Assembly: GCF_902652985.1 (NCBI RefSeq)
Contig: NC_047019.1
Coordinates: 21,390,001-21,454,000, forward strand
Source: Pecten maximus
Lineage: Eukaryota
Reading direction: 5' to 3'
DNA: 64,000 nucleotides
Shown here: piece after piece, positions 26,246-40,675 of the stretch
How positions within the stretch are numbered: position 1 is the stretch's first letter
Layout of the letters: each line of letters begins with the position of its first letter
Made by a program: the position numbers and the translations under genes
The notes under the pieces: generated by a model
What the model saw: only the letters and a program-made list of their open reading frames with translations
Database searches by the model: none
What the model was told of the DNA's origin: nothing

Positions 26246-27589
26246 TCCTTTATAAATGCTATGCATGTTACCGAAGCAAATCAAAGATGCATTAAAAAAA
26301 CCGTTAAAAAATAGAATGCTTTATCATGGGTGCACAAAGATAGATTCTCTACATTAAAATTCGATTGTTCTGCTTATCAACATTGAATGTTGTGTGAATT
26401 GACACACGATCGATATTCAATATCTGTAATATGAATATCGTAATCCATGTCGCGCGATAAGTTGAATATTGCTTGTTGAATGTTAAATGGATTGGGCTGT
26501 TTGCATAAAGTGTGTAAATGGAGGAACGGAGAAATGACTGACAATAAATAAAAACAAAAAGCTACCCCAGTAAATCTGTGTGATCTGATCATAAAGACAT
26601 GGTAACAAGTCACTTAATATTTTGTTCCTGCAAGTACCCGTACAAAGATTATATGACAAGTTTGTAGGAAAATTCTTAAAAAGGAGGCCAACAGTCGTCT
26701 TTCATCTGACAAGATATTACACTGGAAAAATGTAAGCTATAAGGCCACTGAAAAGATAGAGACCCTTTTTCATTGACGAGTAAAAACCAAGCCTATACCT
26801 ATTTATTGTTCCATTTCACCAATCTGACTCAATATGGTTTTATTACTTTTCGGCACATATTTATATGCGATACTAGGGAAATACAGCACCGTGGGAAAAT
26901 CTAATAATAGATCGAACAAAATATAATTTCATTGGCCATTGAGCAATATATGCAGATGACCTTTAGAGGGAAACCGAATATCTCCCCGTTCGTCTTTATT
27001 TACAGACGAAGTCTTCTATTAAGTGGTGAGTTACTTGATTATGGTTATTGATTTGATCTATGTTGGTAAGTAGTTATGAATGGAAGTGGACACCTACCTA
27101 TGTACAATCGAGATGTAGTAAAAACATGTTAATTGATAGATGATAGCTTAGGCTGGGAATGACACCAGAACATCAGCGGTGTAATACAACGTAACAGCTA
27201 GTTACTATTTTCAATTCATTATAGATATATGAATATTGCCTGTTTTTTGTTTGTTTGTTTTTTAATATTTATAGTAATGCAGTGTTTTGAGTATGATACA
27301 TACGAGTAAAATAACTACCGTTTTGTGATTTTTTAACATTCTGTGCGGAGTTCTGATAGTATGTATAGTTACTATTTTAGGATGACCTACTTAGTTTAGA
27401 TGATTTACATGTACATTATGGGCATTCATAACATGAGGCCCCCTATGTTAATGACAATGTTTAAAAAACCCCAGATATAATTAATTACATACTCTTTTTC
27501 TGTATCAGGAATGTTAGCAATAGTGTAAGGTTGTACATTTGAAGACAATATTGAGTATCTAAACTATTTTAACTATATTTTAATTATAT

Positions 27590-28870
27590 TGTTGTTTATG
27601 TATCCCGTAAAATTAAGTTATTTGCAGACGACACTTCTCTCTATGGTATATATGATAATCTTTCAAATGGCTTGACTGATATTAAGCGTTTGACCACAAA
27701 TTTAAAGCCTTATAAAACTGAATATGTTATTTTCTCTTGACTTTCTTGTCGTTACTTTTTAGGATCTTTTACATCTGGATATTAACTTTACTAAATAGAA
27801 CAAACTTGTATTTTGAATTAATGAAAAAACATTTAAAAGAATAAATATATTAAGCTTGTTAAAAAAAACCCAAATTTGATCGAATATCCTAAGCTACTAT
27901 GTATACAACTTTCATAAGATTAACTCTTGTAAAATTATTGTGTGGGACAATTGTACATTAGCTCAAAAAATCTGTAAGAATGTATTACATATCTACGCAG
28001 AGGAACACCGATGATAATCTATACAAAGAATCAGGATGGGAAACTTTGAGTTGCACAAGAAATAAACATTAACTTATTTTGATGTATAGATTAATGGACA
28101 ATGATACTCGAGATTACCTTAGAGAAATATTCAACCATGCGTTCATGGTTAAACTCTAGACTGATATCTCCTCCGAACAAACAGATCATTGATCCCCCAT
28201 TGTGTCGTACTGTAAATTATTTTGAAAGTTTTTTTTTTCGTCCGTGGTTAAATTAATAGCCTTGACCAGATATTAGTAACATCCAGTCTACCTCACAGCT
28301 GACAGATATTAGTAACATCCAGTCTACCTCACAGCTGACAGATATTAGTAACATCCAGTCTACCTCACAGCTGACAGATATTAGTAACATCCAGTCTACC
28401 TCACAGCTGACAGATATTAGTAACATCCAGTCTACCTCACAGCTGACAGATATTAGTAACATCCAGTCTACCTCACAGCTGAAAATGCTGCTCAATAAAA
28501 ACCAGTATATAAGGCCTGAAACAACTGTTTTCAAATTCTGTGGCAATTGTGATATAAATATCTTACTATGCAGGAAATTAAATTTAAAATTAAAGTTAAT
28601 TGAATCTGCAATCTGTGAATGCAACGAGTCTTTTGAAACTGTAACAAATATAATATTAGTTAGACTCTCCAACAAAATTTAAATCATTACTTTCATAATC
28701 ATCTATTATAAATATTATATTACATAGTTGTAATAGAAGTAATGCTATACAAAATACAGATATCTGATCACAAGCTTTTCACGCTTTTTAATGTATTCAA
28801 ACAGATTAAATTGCTATTAAGATTCTGACTTATTCTTAAACTTGTTAAAACATGTACAACTTGATATTGA
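27590..28870 (+). mobile_element. Highly decayed CR1/L2-group LINE, 3' part of RT ORF
   Basis: Fragments translate to IKLFADDTSLY (RT YxDD motif, ~27612-27644), VWDNCT, LYKESGWETL and a C-terminal C-x-C..ETV. Many stops and frameshifts. Confidence 0.75.
28266..28482. repeat. 36-bp tandem repeat x6 inside the LINE relic
   Basis: CAGATATTAGTAACATCCAGTCTACCTCACAGCTGA repeated perfectly; unrelated to the 21.5-25.3 kb unit. Confidence 0.92.
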
Positions 28871-30229
28871 ATGTATATATTGTAATTTTCTCACTTTACT
28901 TGTTTATACCTAGTGAACGGATCTCGCTTTGGGTAGCTTAGATATCTAATAATCATTATTAGGTTGTTCTCTTTTTTTTTTTTATATATATATGAATTAT
29001 AACCATCAATACGAAATAACTCCTTTCAGATTGAGTAAGGAATTATCATATTGTTTTCAAGAGTTGGTGTAACCTTATTAAAAGAACAAAATATTATATC
29101 TATTTGCTGAAATTGGCTTTTGATCCTAATAAAATGGATATTTCCCATACAGGCTGTGTGTGGCAATGGTAATGAGGTATTCGTGTAACAAGTACCATGT
29201 TTATGAATTCCTATGTGTAAATATCCATGTCATAACTATTTTAAATTGATTGATTGTTTTAACTTATATTCATAATTGTTATATTGGTCTAAGGAGACCG
29301 GTAGGGGTATCCCCAACCTCTCCACCATTAGATCAGAAATACAATTATTGTGTTTTTAAAGTATGTTGTTTAATATTTTAAACCTGGTAGGTCTAGTGAT
29401 TCTGTATAGGGCTAATGATAGTTTTACAACTTTCATAGATTGTCTCCCTTGAACCACCTACTGATCCATCCAATACATTTATGATATAGATTTTTGTTGT
29501 GTTTATCCAGTCCAGTTTTCAAGTGAACTCCATCTTTATACATTGGGATGTATCCGAGTACTTGTGAAAGTACAGTTGGTAGTGATATCTATTGTCCCAA
29601 TAGGCAAAATCACATCATGATATGCAATCTAAAGGGATATTGGTAATAGGACGTCCAATTCAGATCCATTCCCTTAGGGTGTTCATAACTTATCATTGTA
29701 AGGATGTTATTGTTTATTAATGTTCACCAATTCATCAAGCCTAATAGTGTGAAAACTAAGATAAGTTAACTCCTAGTTCTTCATAACATAATTAGTGCCA
29801 ACATAGTATTTGCATAATTTTCCACTGACATATATATGCCATATATGCTGGAGCAACGATGTTGATTTAAACTAGTTTTCCAATACATTTAATACAATAC
29901 ATATTTTAAAGTATCTTGGAAATTAAAACTAGAATTGGAAATGCCTGGAGTCATTTCACTTGGCAGGGGAGTATGTAGACAGTGTGTATACATTGGTTTC
30001 CCAATGCATGATCAGGGCCTAGCCTGTCCACGTGTACATGTACATGTTATTGTCATCTGAATGAGAGTGGAATGTATATCATGAAGCCCCTGTGTCTGTG
30101 CATACATCTCGAGGATTCTCGTAGGCGCATCCGCGGCCAGATCGGCTCACACACCCCAATCCCTCGCACGTTCATTCCTAACTATGACAGGGACCAGGGT
30201 ACATGAGTCCCCACTGATGGTTCCCAACT

Positions 30230-31335
30230 ACCTGGCTCTATATTTACCAGAAATATATCAGAAAACCATTCTACAAAGTTTGTGTGATTACATGGCCTCA
30301 CAAGTCTAAATATGCTTCAGGGTAGCCACACCCTCCATTTATACATTTAACTCCCTACAACCAATAATGCGCCAGCTCAAATTGATCAATATTCATTCAG
30401 TCTTGTAGGACTAGCAATGATTTATATAATTTATCTCCGCTTTGTCCTACTTGGCCCCGTCCCTGTGACCCAAGGAGTCACATCAACCATTAATGTTCCA
30501 GATGAAATCTCATCGGAATTGAAATCAGTTCCATCGTTCAAAACTAATACAAATTTCAACTCTTTAGCTCTATTTTCTCTAGTGGCCCGCCCCTATGGCC
30601 TCAAATGAGCCACACCCTCCTTTTATAGAACAATGGATTTCTATTGACAAATAATGATCCGGGACAAATTTGACCAAACTCCATTCAGCTGTTCCTGACT
30701 ACTATCGGACATCGCCATTCGGCCTCGGGGAAGCCACAACATTCGTTTACATAACATTTTTTGTTTTGTTTTGGCAAATAAAGCTCTAGACAAAATTTGA
30801 TCAAAATTCATTTAAATGTTCGGAAAAAGTAATGACATACATTATTTCCCTCTTTCCCTTGTTGTGGCCGCTTCTCCGACCAAACGGTAGCCACACTCCC
30901 CCTGTTATACAAAATTGGACCCCCTTTCTGAATTATTTTCAAGGCCAATTTTAATCAAAATGCATTCAGTTCAGTGCTAGTGGTGACTTAAAGGATTATC
31001 TATTTCCCATATTCAGCCCAGCCCCTCTGGTCTCATGGGAGCCACGCCCTCCGTTTATACAACACGTGATTATTGTTGCCCCATAATGCTTGTGATAAAA
31101 TGATTAAAACTCATAATGTTGTTCAGAAACATTAGCGATCTCAAATATTAACTGATCTATTATCCCTATTGGCCCCCCCCCCCCCCCTTTCTGGGCCTAG
31201 AGGAGTCACACACTCTATACATTTTGATGATTGCCATTTTCAGTAATTACTTATATATTTACTATGTGGTCAAAATCCAATCACCCGTCCAGAATGACGG
31301 TGGTAGCAATTAAAAAAATGTTGACTGACGCTGGC
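30230..31335 (-). mobile_element. Old Helentron-type element with diverged ~150-bp units
   Basis: Recurring GAGCCACACCCTCC..TTTATA and CAAATTTGATCAAAAT.CATTCAG motifs; reverse complement of the family at 8705-9415. Confidence 0.55.
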
Positions 31336-31540
31336 CGGTGTCATGCACAATAATGTTCCTCCTGCACAAATGTATCCGGATTTTTTTTCTTGCATGAAAA
31401 GTATTCGACTATTTTTTGTACTCCTACCAAAAGGTTTCAATCTGCATAAACATATGAAACCTTCCTATACATATAAAAGACACCCTGGTATATTAGCTAT
31501 ATATTACAACTTGTAAGCTGTACGTTGACGTTTTGCAGAA

Positions 31541-34500
31541 ATGAGGAAATCTACTAATCACTCGAAGGCCTATTGCGGTCAGGGAGAAGTCGACTCATCT
31601 GAAATGTGCTCATCTCCACCAGTTGAAGTTGATCTCCTAGTGACAACCTGTAAGAACTCCTTTACGTGTAGGTCTGGTGATATGTCCCTCGACGTCGACG
31701 CCCTGGCTAATGCAGGATGGTGTTGCATAGGTATAAAGACGACTTATCATAATATGACTACAATATGCTCTAATGTACACATATCACAACCAGCATTAAC
31801 AACGTTGATTTAAATCACATGTTTACTGACCAAGCTGTTAGAGCAATTGACATATCTTTATTCTGAAAAAAATGCTTAAGGTAATTAATTCTTTGTCTAT
31901 ACCTATGTCAATATCTTTTACACATATTTTGAATATTTTTCATTTTCCCTATCTGAATCAGCTGTTGTTGCGTATACCGGTTAGTTTTGTAAAATTGTTA
32001 AACGAAATTACGTGACTATGTACTGTTTTTATTATCTGGCGTATTCTTCACCTGAGCGTCATCTTAAATCAAATATCCAAACAACTTTCCTGATATCCAC
32101 ATGCTTATAATTGTATAGTCAATCAAACCAAACGTGAAAAATGATTGCAACGCCCATTGTACCTCATATTATTATTTGATTAATGAGAAAATGTAAGTAT
32201 GCATATTGCTAAAGATGCACGTTATCTATGTTAACTCAGATATATATATTTATTACATTTTTACCAGTGAAATATCAAAAATTATTCATTCTATAAAAGT
32301 GATATTTTTCACTAGTGAAAAATATCATATTTTACTAGTGAAAAATATCACTTTTGCTGATTTGACCAATCAAATTAATGATTAGAAAATACCAAAATAA
32401 TTGACCAATCAGAAAGCCTGACATATATGTCAGCACCTGGACAGGGGAAACTACTTTTTTTGTTTATATTAGGCCTAGTTAGCATACGGGGTAGGTTTTT
32501 CGTTGATAAAAAATGTAATAAACAGAATATCTAACAGTGTCTTCAGTAATACCAAATATATTTCACTCGTGCGGCTAATATTTTGATATTTTTCACTCGT
32601 GCTGCGCACTCTTGAAAAATATCAAAATATTAGCCCCACTCGTGAAATATATTTGGTATTACTGAAGACACTGTTAGATATCCTCTATATCATGTTAAAT
32701 GCTTATATGTAAAATGTTTGTGTACTCCGTAAATATTTGTAACTAGTAAATATATGATTATCTTTTAGAAGATGGACGTATCGAAACATTGTGCTGTCAG
32801 GCTGTCTGGGACAACACGGCTATAGAGGATTTTTGGATGCAACATGTCATTGGTAGTCCTGGATGTCCTTTCCTGAGGCAACAGAAAGGTCAAGCCTACA
32901 TTGATAGTATCCAGGCTGTTTTGACTACAACCACAGATGTGCGTTTATTGAAGTGAAATGAAATGAAATGGCAATGATAAGATTAAAATGTTGTTTATCA
33001 TGGATTAAAAACATATATTGTTAATACGTTTAGATTTACCTTACAAACTTCTAAATTATCTAGAATGCGATTACGATAAACCACCTGACTACCGATAGAT
33101 ATGCTTATTAGAAAATTAAATTTGTTTATGTGTAGGGCGAACCTGTGTCGGAACAGCCTGGAAGCCAGAGGAGACCTCAGGATGAACCAGTGTTGGAACA
33201 GCCTGACGGCCAGATGAAATCCAAATATGAACCGGGGTCGGAACAACCTGACTTCCATATGAGTTCCCAGGGAGAATTAGGTAATTATCATGGCTGTGTC
33301 ATACCGTGGTATGCTATATCTTGGTTATGTTATATGTGAGTTTCACCGACAAATATTTTTAGTTTACCAGTTTGACGTCATATCTCCGTTTCTAATTAGT
33401 TGACGGGACTTTTGTGATTACTCCATTTCTTCTTCTCCTTTATCTGATCGGTCAACCAAGATGGCTGCCACGGCCTCTGATTGGTTAAACATTTTGAAAA
33501 TCTAATTAGCTATAACTGTTTTACTATTAAATGGAATTCTTAAATACTTAATGGGAGATGGTTACCAGATGCACTATTCATGTGTGAAAAAACGTTGAAG
33601 TGAAAAAGCAAATGGCCACCCTAGAGATGAGTTCTAATTTCGTAACTACAGTTTCATATCTTCGCAAAATGGCAAGCATTTCTTGGCTCTTTGCAATTGA
33701 TTGATTGAAATTTAAATATTTCAATGAAAATTATATACGAGTATTAGGGGACTGCGAATTCGAATGGGTTTCGTTGTCATAGCAACTTCACGGATGTTTC
33801 TGATTGGTCAGAATTTGGATATTGTTTTATCTGAATGAAAATTGGTATATATAGATTTTAGGGAATTGCAAATTTAACCGCACGGATTTCGTTGACATAG
33901 CCGCCACATTTCCATCGTAGGGGGTTGTTTCGGGGACTTCGGTAATGGTTTCCTATTATAATTAGTATTTGTTATTGTTATATTTGTGTCAGGTATGGCT
34001 CTACGATAAGAAATTGCAAATCTTAATTGAATCTTAAGATTGAAAGATCCGCATTAGGAATGCTCTCGCCAGTTAAAATTTGCACAAAAGTCGTGACAAG
34101 AATGCTGGATCGGCAAGAGACGGCTTTCCTATAAAGTATTGTTCTTTGATACAATCATGTCATTAGGAAAACAGACATAACAAACATAGACAGTTTTGGG
34201 CAGGGCTGTATTGATACACCGGTGCACCTCGATATAATGAGCCACGATAGACGTGTAGAATCGCATATACATCGATTGTTAACGATAAAGTCATCCATTA
34301 CCTGTTATGATAGGCACATCGGCACATTAGAACAATTAGTCTCAATATAATTAATATTTGCATTCCGTTAAAGTGCAGTTTACTACACCGCCATATTTCA
34401 TCTATTTGGAACTTTTTCGTACAACAGGTAATGTCAGTCGTTGATCGTTGTCACTGGAGTGTTTACAAACATGGCAAACAATTGCACGTAACAGGATATA

Positions 34501-35215
34501 CAAGCGGCACCGGTATCCTTTAGATCGCGTGTTTGGTCAAAATTTGGATTTTAGCAACGAAAGAAAATGATAAACGTTTGTATCAAATCAATTGTAGTGC
34601 GTAAAATTTGTCATGCGGAGATGCGCTACACAGAAGGGACGATAAACATGTTATTCTATTTGATACTTTCGATACAATGACCTATAATGGTTGACCACCT
34701 TAGCTAAAAATAAATCAACAGAACAAGACATTGACACCCAATTTCAGTATTTATTCAGGTTAACTTTAAACATCATAAAATGACCTACCAATGGACATAC
34801 AAGTCGATTTCAACTTTGTAATGAAAAAAAGGTAGCACAAATCATTGTTCTTCTTACTGGTGTTTATTTAATTCATTGCTGTTATATATCATATATATAT
34901 AATATATATTATATCATCAATATAAAGTGTCGTGTCGTGAGTGAGTGATGTAGTGATCGTAGCTCAGTGTGTCGTTTCAACGCAATAAGCATTACAGTTT
35001 ACTGATATCTTCTGTATTTGTCAGAAAAGTTATGGGAGGAAAACGATCTGATGAAGAAAATGAACAACTGCTTTGTGTGCGAGGAGGAACCACGTAAGAT
35101 AACATACCTACCCTGTAAACATCTCGCCTGCTGCGGAATCTGCGATCTGGCTCAGCTTAAATGTCCAATCTGCAAGGAATCAATCAAAGACCGTTTCACA
35201 ACATTTTTGTCATAG
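31541..35215 (+). CDS. IAP-like gene 3: degenerate BIR + acidic linker + RING
   Basis: Exons 31541-31730, 32769-32938, 33136-33280 and 35025-35215, all GT-AG, phases 1/0/1, open frame. BIR-like CKNSF...LANAGWCCIEDGRIETLCCQAVWDNTAIEDFWMQHVIGSPGCPFLRQQKGQAYI. RING ends TFLS*. Confidence 0.88.
32240..32690. mobile_element. Intronic non-autonomous element with a long terminal palindrome (possibly Crypton-type)
   Basis: ~70-bp arms ATATCTAACAGTGTCTTCAGTAATACCAAATATATTTCAC... / ...GTGAAATATATTTGGTATTACTGAAGACACTGTTAGATAT (32528-32681), recurring CACTCGTG/CACTAGTG cores and tandem GACCAATCA. Confidence 0.65.
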
Positions 35216-38200
35216 ATCATCAGGATTTCCCTTAAATGTACTTTTAACAAGAGTGGGAGAGTAACGCCATCCTACCAATAGAGAGTACCTAAACAGCATT
35301 GCCGTACATGGCATTGGTTGTATTGTGTATCCAAAGTCTCCGTTCTTTTGTTTTGTTACAAGCTGTCATATCTTTATGTGTTAATGGTGTTGGTAGTTTT
35401 ACTTTGTTTTTTAGTCCCGAATATACTGCAATAAATATTTTAGCCAATGAAATGACTCATAATCTCTAATCGGGTGATCAGTATGTAATCCATCTTATTG
35501 TGTAATCATTTCTTATATAACTATTCGCAATGTTTTACGTCTGTGCTTCAAAAAGTATTCTTGTTACTTATTCTGTTTACTCTGTTTAGGTATTTAGATA
35601 TTTAAACTAATAAGTTATTAACTAATTGTTATGAAAGCTATATAGACTGTGTGAAAAGCTGCGTAATATAAGCGTTTCAAAGAAGGTACAGCGTTGAAAT
35701 AACATTTCTAGGGGATGTAATGTGTCACTATCTTTGTAATCCGTAATGCGTATTGGTTCGATTGTGAAAGGATACCACCCAGATATTTAACCATCTGTCA
35801 GGTGAATGCAATTGTAGATCAGAGCAGATTAACATCTGCGATAGAACCAATGAACCACACATCAACACTATAGAGATACATTTCTAACGATCAAGGGAAT
35901 GCTACTTCACCAGAGCATGGATATCCTTTATGTTTAACCTCGAAATCAAAAGGCCCAATTTTTTTAAATTCTTGCTTTCCGTAGGTAAGTGAATCAATCT
36001 AAATGCCAATCAACCGGTTGATACACATACCTTGATTGTTTAACGGTGGAGATCGTAGGTAATATATTATACATTATTACGTGTTCATTCCGTTAGATAA
36101 ATTAAAAATAAAACATGTAAAATGTGTATCATCAATAATATTAACAAGTGAAATGCTGGTAAAGGATATAATTATGAATCAAGTCTTTGAACATTCAATA
36201 TCTATATTGTTGGACCAAAATCTCGAGTATTTAATTTAATTCTATTGTACCATGTAGTTTTGTTTTGTTTTTAGATACAGGATTGTACATTGGTTACGTT
36301 ATCTGTTACGGGTGTTTCTTTATTGTATTATTGTACACAAACTGAAACATAATATCTTGTCACTTTAAAGGAAATAAAATTTGAGTTTAACCCTCTGATT
36401 ATTAACATTATAACGAAATGCATCGTATCATGTTTGTGTGTTCATGGGGTTAGTAGAAAAGAAAGGATGTTGATAGAGAGTGTCACGTTGCAATCAATCT
36501 CCATGTTATAAACATTCCACGTGCCTAATACACTAAATATATAATATGACAAGTAGCGAACGTGTGTCGGTTTTGTGTGTTTTGTGTGGGTGTGTGTGTG
36601 GGAGGGTGGGAGCTCTCAGTATTACGGAGTTGTGGACACATAATGGGTGTATGTGTGTGTGTATTCAATGCGTAAGCATTGTCAGTTAGGAGTAGTTCCT
36701 AGTATCAATCGTATTCACAACAGTACTTATATTACATGTATATGTAGAGTTGTTAAGGATGCTGACAGTTTTAATACAAGTACATTTAGTACTTTTGAGT
36801 GGCCAACGTGGGTTGCGTATTACTGACAATCACTACTTTAAAACACGACCCTACGCACTAGAATTGAATTTGTTTCGTGTTCTTTTTCAAACTTAAAACT
36901 ACTGCAACTGTTTTAATTGATGTTTAATGCATAGAAAAGACAGAATAATATATGTTTTGACAAATAAATCCAAACTGCTTTTGTGAAACAGAATAGTATT
37001 AAACAAGAAATGTATACTATGTGCTGTTGTTTTAACTGGGGTTTTGATAGTAAATGTTTCTTTATTGTTTTGCCGTCTTAAAGCAACATTGAGTCAATCT
37101 CATGGCTGAAGCTTCCGAGGTTCGTCAACGCTTTCTTTAAAACTCCTACTCGTCCAAAACGTTGGAGGGAATTGGCTCGAAATTTGATCTGACGCAAGAT
37201 CGATGTTCTCATAATAGGGGATAGACAAATCCTTTAAAATCTATCTCTTTGTGTTGGAATGAACGTTGTCTCTTCAAAATTGGTCGGTGGCGCATCATTG
37301 GTTTGAAAGCAATAATTTAACCATATATATATCTACTGGATCAAGGTTCTGGACAGCTGGGCACAAACGGAGAAAAAACAAATCTGTTAGAATCGCAAGA
37401 CTTTGTCTCAATTTTATCTGAAGGATCCTTGGTTGATGTGAAATTAATATTCTGTGAATGGCGAGGTCTGCTCGTGACCTAATTGGGGAAATACATGTAG
37501 ATGTAAGCCTTTAAGAAAGATCTTAAAATACCTTTTCTTTATAGATATGAAGGGAAATAATTCGGAATCATATATTTTAGTGAAGTGTCCACTCCTTTCG
37601 GATACAGGGAAAAGGTGAAGAAATATAGTAATCTTTCTAGTTCGATCTAGGAATCATTGGCTAATAGGACATTTCAGCAATTTTTCCTAGGGGAAAGAAG
37701 GGCATCTCCCGATCGAGTGATACACAAACACCTTAGAATCCGTCTTGTTTGATACGTACAAAAGGATTTTAATCCAATTTGGCCAAGTTGATTTGAGGAA
37801 AAAAAGTAGGACCCCACAGAGGAAATAAAGAATAATATCAAAATTGACTGCTGTTCAACAGATTTTAATTTGGAGCTTTCTTTGCATAGCAGTGAGCCAG
37901 ATCCCAAAGTGAGAATATGTTTGTGATATACATCGTAAAAAAACATGTTTTTTCGTTATATCGCTGAAAAAGGCGATTGAAGACATCTGGGGCTCTTGAT
38001 AAACCTAATTGTCATTATGAAACAGTGATTGACCATCGTCCTATGATGGACTTCAAGTTCATGGGAATCCAGACTGTCCGGTGAAAAATAAGTTCACTTG
38101 TTAGCGCATTGTAAAATCGTGTGAGTGAATGCACGCATGAAAGAGTGAGTGTGAAAAAATAACATCGAGTTTATTTCGAAAGCGATTTATGAAATAATAA

Positions 38201-38324
38201 TCTTGGACAAGATTATCACCTTGCAAATTCAAAACTGATCAAAGTTTCCCTTATTATAAAATATAAATATAGCTCTTTCTGGCAAGATCCCTTATAGTAA
38301 ACTGTCGTGGCGTTAAGCTTTTAC

Positions 38325-38510
38325 GAAAGGAGACAGTTCCCCTTGTTTTACCCCAACTACTTAAAGTACGCATTGATTGGTTGGGTAAACCACATGACTG
38401 AAACCTCAGTCATAATATTATTGACTTGAGTAGTAGCAGGTCGTCATTCACAAAAGTAAATCACCGGTTTGTGTTGTGACTAGTACTGCAATATTCAACT
38501 AACGGTAAGT
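38325..38510 (+). promoter_or_regulatory. Putative promoter and non-coding first exon of IAP gene 4
   Basis: Paralogous to 16515-16680: TGTTTTACCCCA, TGATTGG box, CCGGTTTGT, donor AACG|GTAAGT after 38504. Confidence 0.45.
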
Positions 38511-40675
38511 GAATTTGAGGCGTAATGACTTCTTAATGAGTCCATACTCTTCTTTATCTGTTTAAGAGTTTTATATTTTTAATAATACTGCTTCAAACTA
38601 ACACGTGGTGTAATTGCACCGCGGTCTCATGTTCCCTTGTAAACATGGCGAGGACAAATGCCGCATGATAAACTCTCACGAATCAGACTTCCATTTCGTA
38701 CAAGTTTTATGTTAACGTTTTAACATATATGATTCCATTCAATATTATTATTTTGACTGATTTTGTAAACTTTATCGATAATAGTGAACTGGCTTCAAAT
38801 ACCGCAGTTTATAGTCTGTACTGAATACTAACGTAAACTATCATGATGAATTGGACAGGTTAGGGCAAAAAATACATTGTGAGTCCATGTTATAATCATA
38901 ATTACGATCAATAAGCGGAAAACACATAGAATAAGCTCTAAACATGTGGTCTGAATAAACTCTAAACGTTTGGTCTGCAGAATGCTGTTTATCTTGACGA
39001 GGAAGAAGAGTTATTTCCCTTACAAAACACGAACCTCTCTGCAAAAGCAACAAATACTTTTAAAAAGAATTTTATAAGTTGTTCTGCCTGTATGATGATA
39101 TATATTAAATACTCTATAGACATTGATATAATCAAATGTGCAATAACAAAGTATATAAGAAATACATAATCAAAAACATATATATCTTTGTCATATGCCA
39201 AACCTTTCATTCTTACGAGAAACTTTTAATATTAAAAAAAAAAAACAAAAAAAAAAAAACAAGCAAACAAAGAAAAAAAGTTTTATATGCTTTATAATGC
39301 TTCAGAAATATCATAGAAAATATTTTAACACAATGCTATTAACCATTCATTACATAGCTAATACCAGTATCTTGATTCTAAGTACTAGATATATTATAAA
39401 GGATGATAAATGAAATTGAGATCATAATCTGTTATGATAGAATAAATATAGCAACACAATGTACCCCAGTTCGGTTTTATCAGATTATTCAACATTTTAT
39501 GATAAATGATTATATACCTTAATAGGTATGCATTGTGTGAATAAAAGAATTTAAAGATATATGCAGTATAAAGAGGTCACTCATGGTGGGTTTTGTTTTC
39601 TTGTATACTTTATCATTTAGTTACTATATATTTTCTTATTTTCTTTAAATATATAAATAAGTTGTACAAGTCTTGACCTTGAGCTACACTTGAACTTTGA
39701 GGATTAAAAAAGCTTCAGTGATATACTTGTAAGTATTCATAAACTCATTATGCATAGGATACGTATCAGAAGTCAGAAACGTTCAGCTCTGTTTACCAGC
39801 ATTATAAACAAACTTTTGGTACGTTACCACGCCTACTTTTACGTGTCGTGTGCCGTAAAAGGGCCTCCTTCTAAGTATGGTGTAGGCCCTGACATCGGCA
39901 TATAACTACAAGTGGGTAATTATCGATTATATTTTGTTTAATAGCAGTTTAACGTTATTCACGAATACAGCATTGTTTTATGTATCAATAAGAAATGTGA
40001 ATTTGAATCAGTGAGATGTTGTTATATCATGATATGAATATGAAAATGGATAAGTTATATGTTGTCGTAAATAATGTATATCTCCATTGGTGAATGTAAG
40101 CCCAGTCACCCCCAGTACCGTTGAGAGAAATCTTGAACCTACACACACACACACCCTTAAAATATTCTTTTTTTTTTTAATCGTTAGAACAAAACAGATT
40201 AACTGAAAATCATTTTGAATAAGTAAGGGAAACCGTTAGATTTCCTGGTGTGAAAACAGGGATAATACAAAATATCATGTCCCGAGAGTGCCTATTATTA
40301 TATTATCATCTTCGCTATCTGTTGGAAATTAAGTTTCTTTAATGAGAGGTTGTCTGTGAAAAGTATTAAACAGCTTAAATGTTACCAAGAATATACATAC
40401 GACAATGATTGTATACATAATTATGGTGTTGTTGGAGAATCACAGTGTACTTGAACTGGTTCTGATCGTGTTATACACAGAGAAAAATATAAATGAGTGG
40501 TCTTGGTTTCCATCAGAATTTTTTTAACAAAATGCTCAACCACAAACAAATATTCAAGTAAATTTGAATAATGAAATATTTGAAGTACCCCAAAATAAGT
40601 ATATGTATAATTTCCAGTCAATTAATGTTCTGAGACACAATTAAAAAGTTGTACTTATCAGTATGCTTTGCAGAA

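Noticed and set aside
28253-28675. 140-aa minus-strand ORF with (SCEVDWMLLISV)n
   Set aside because: Tandem repeat inside a decayed LINE, read antisense.
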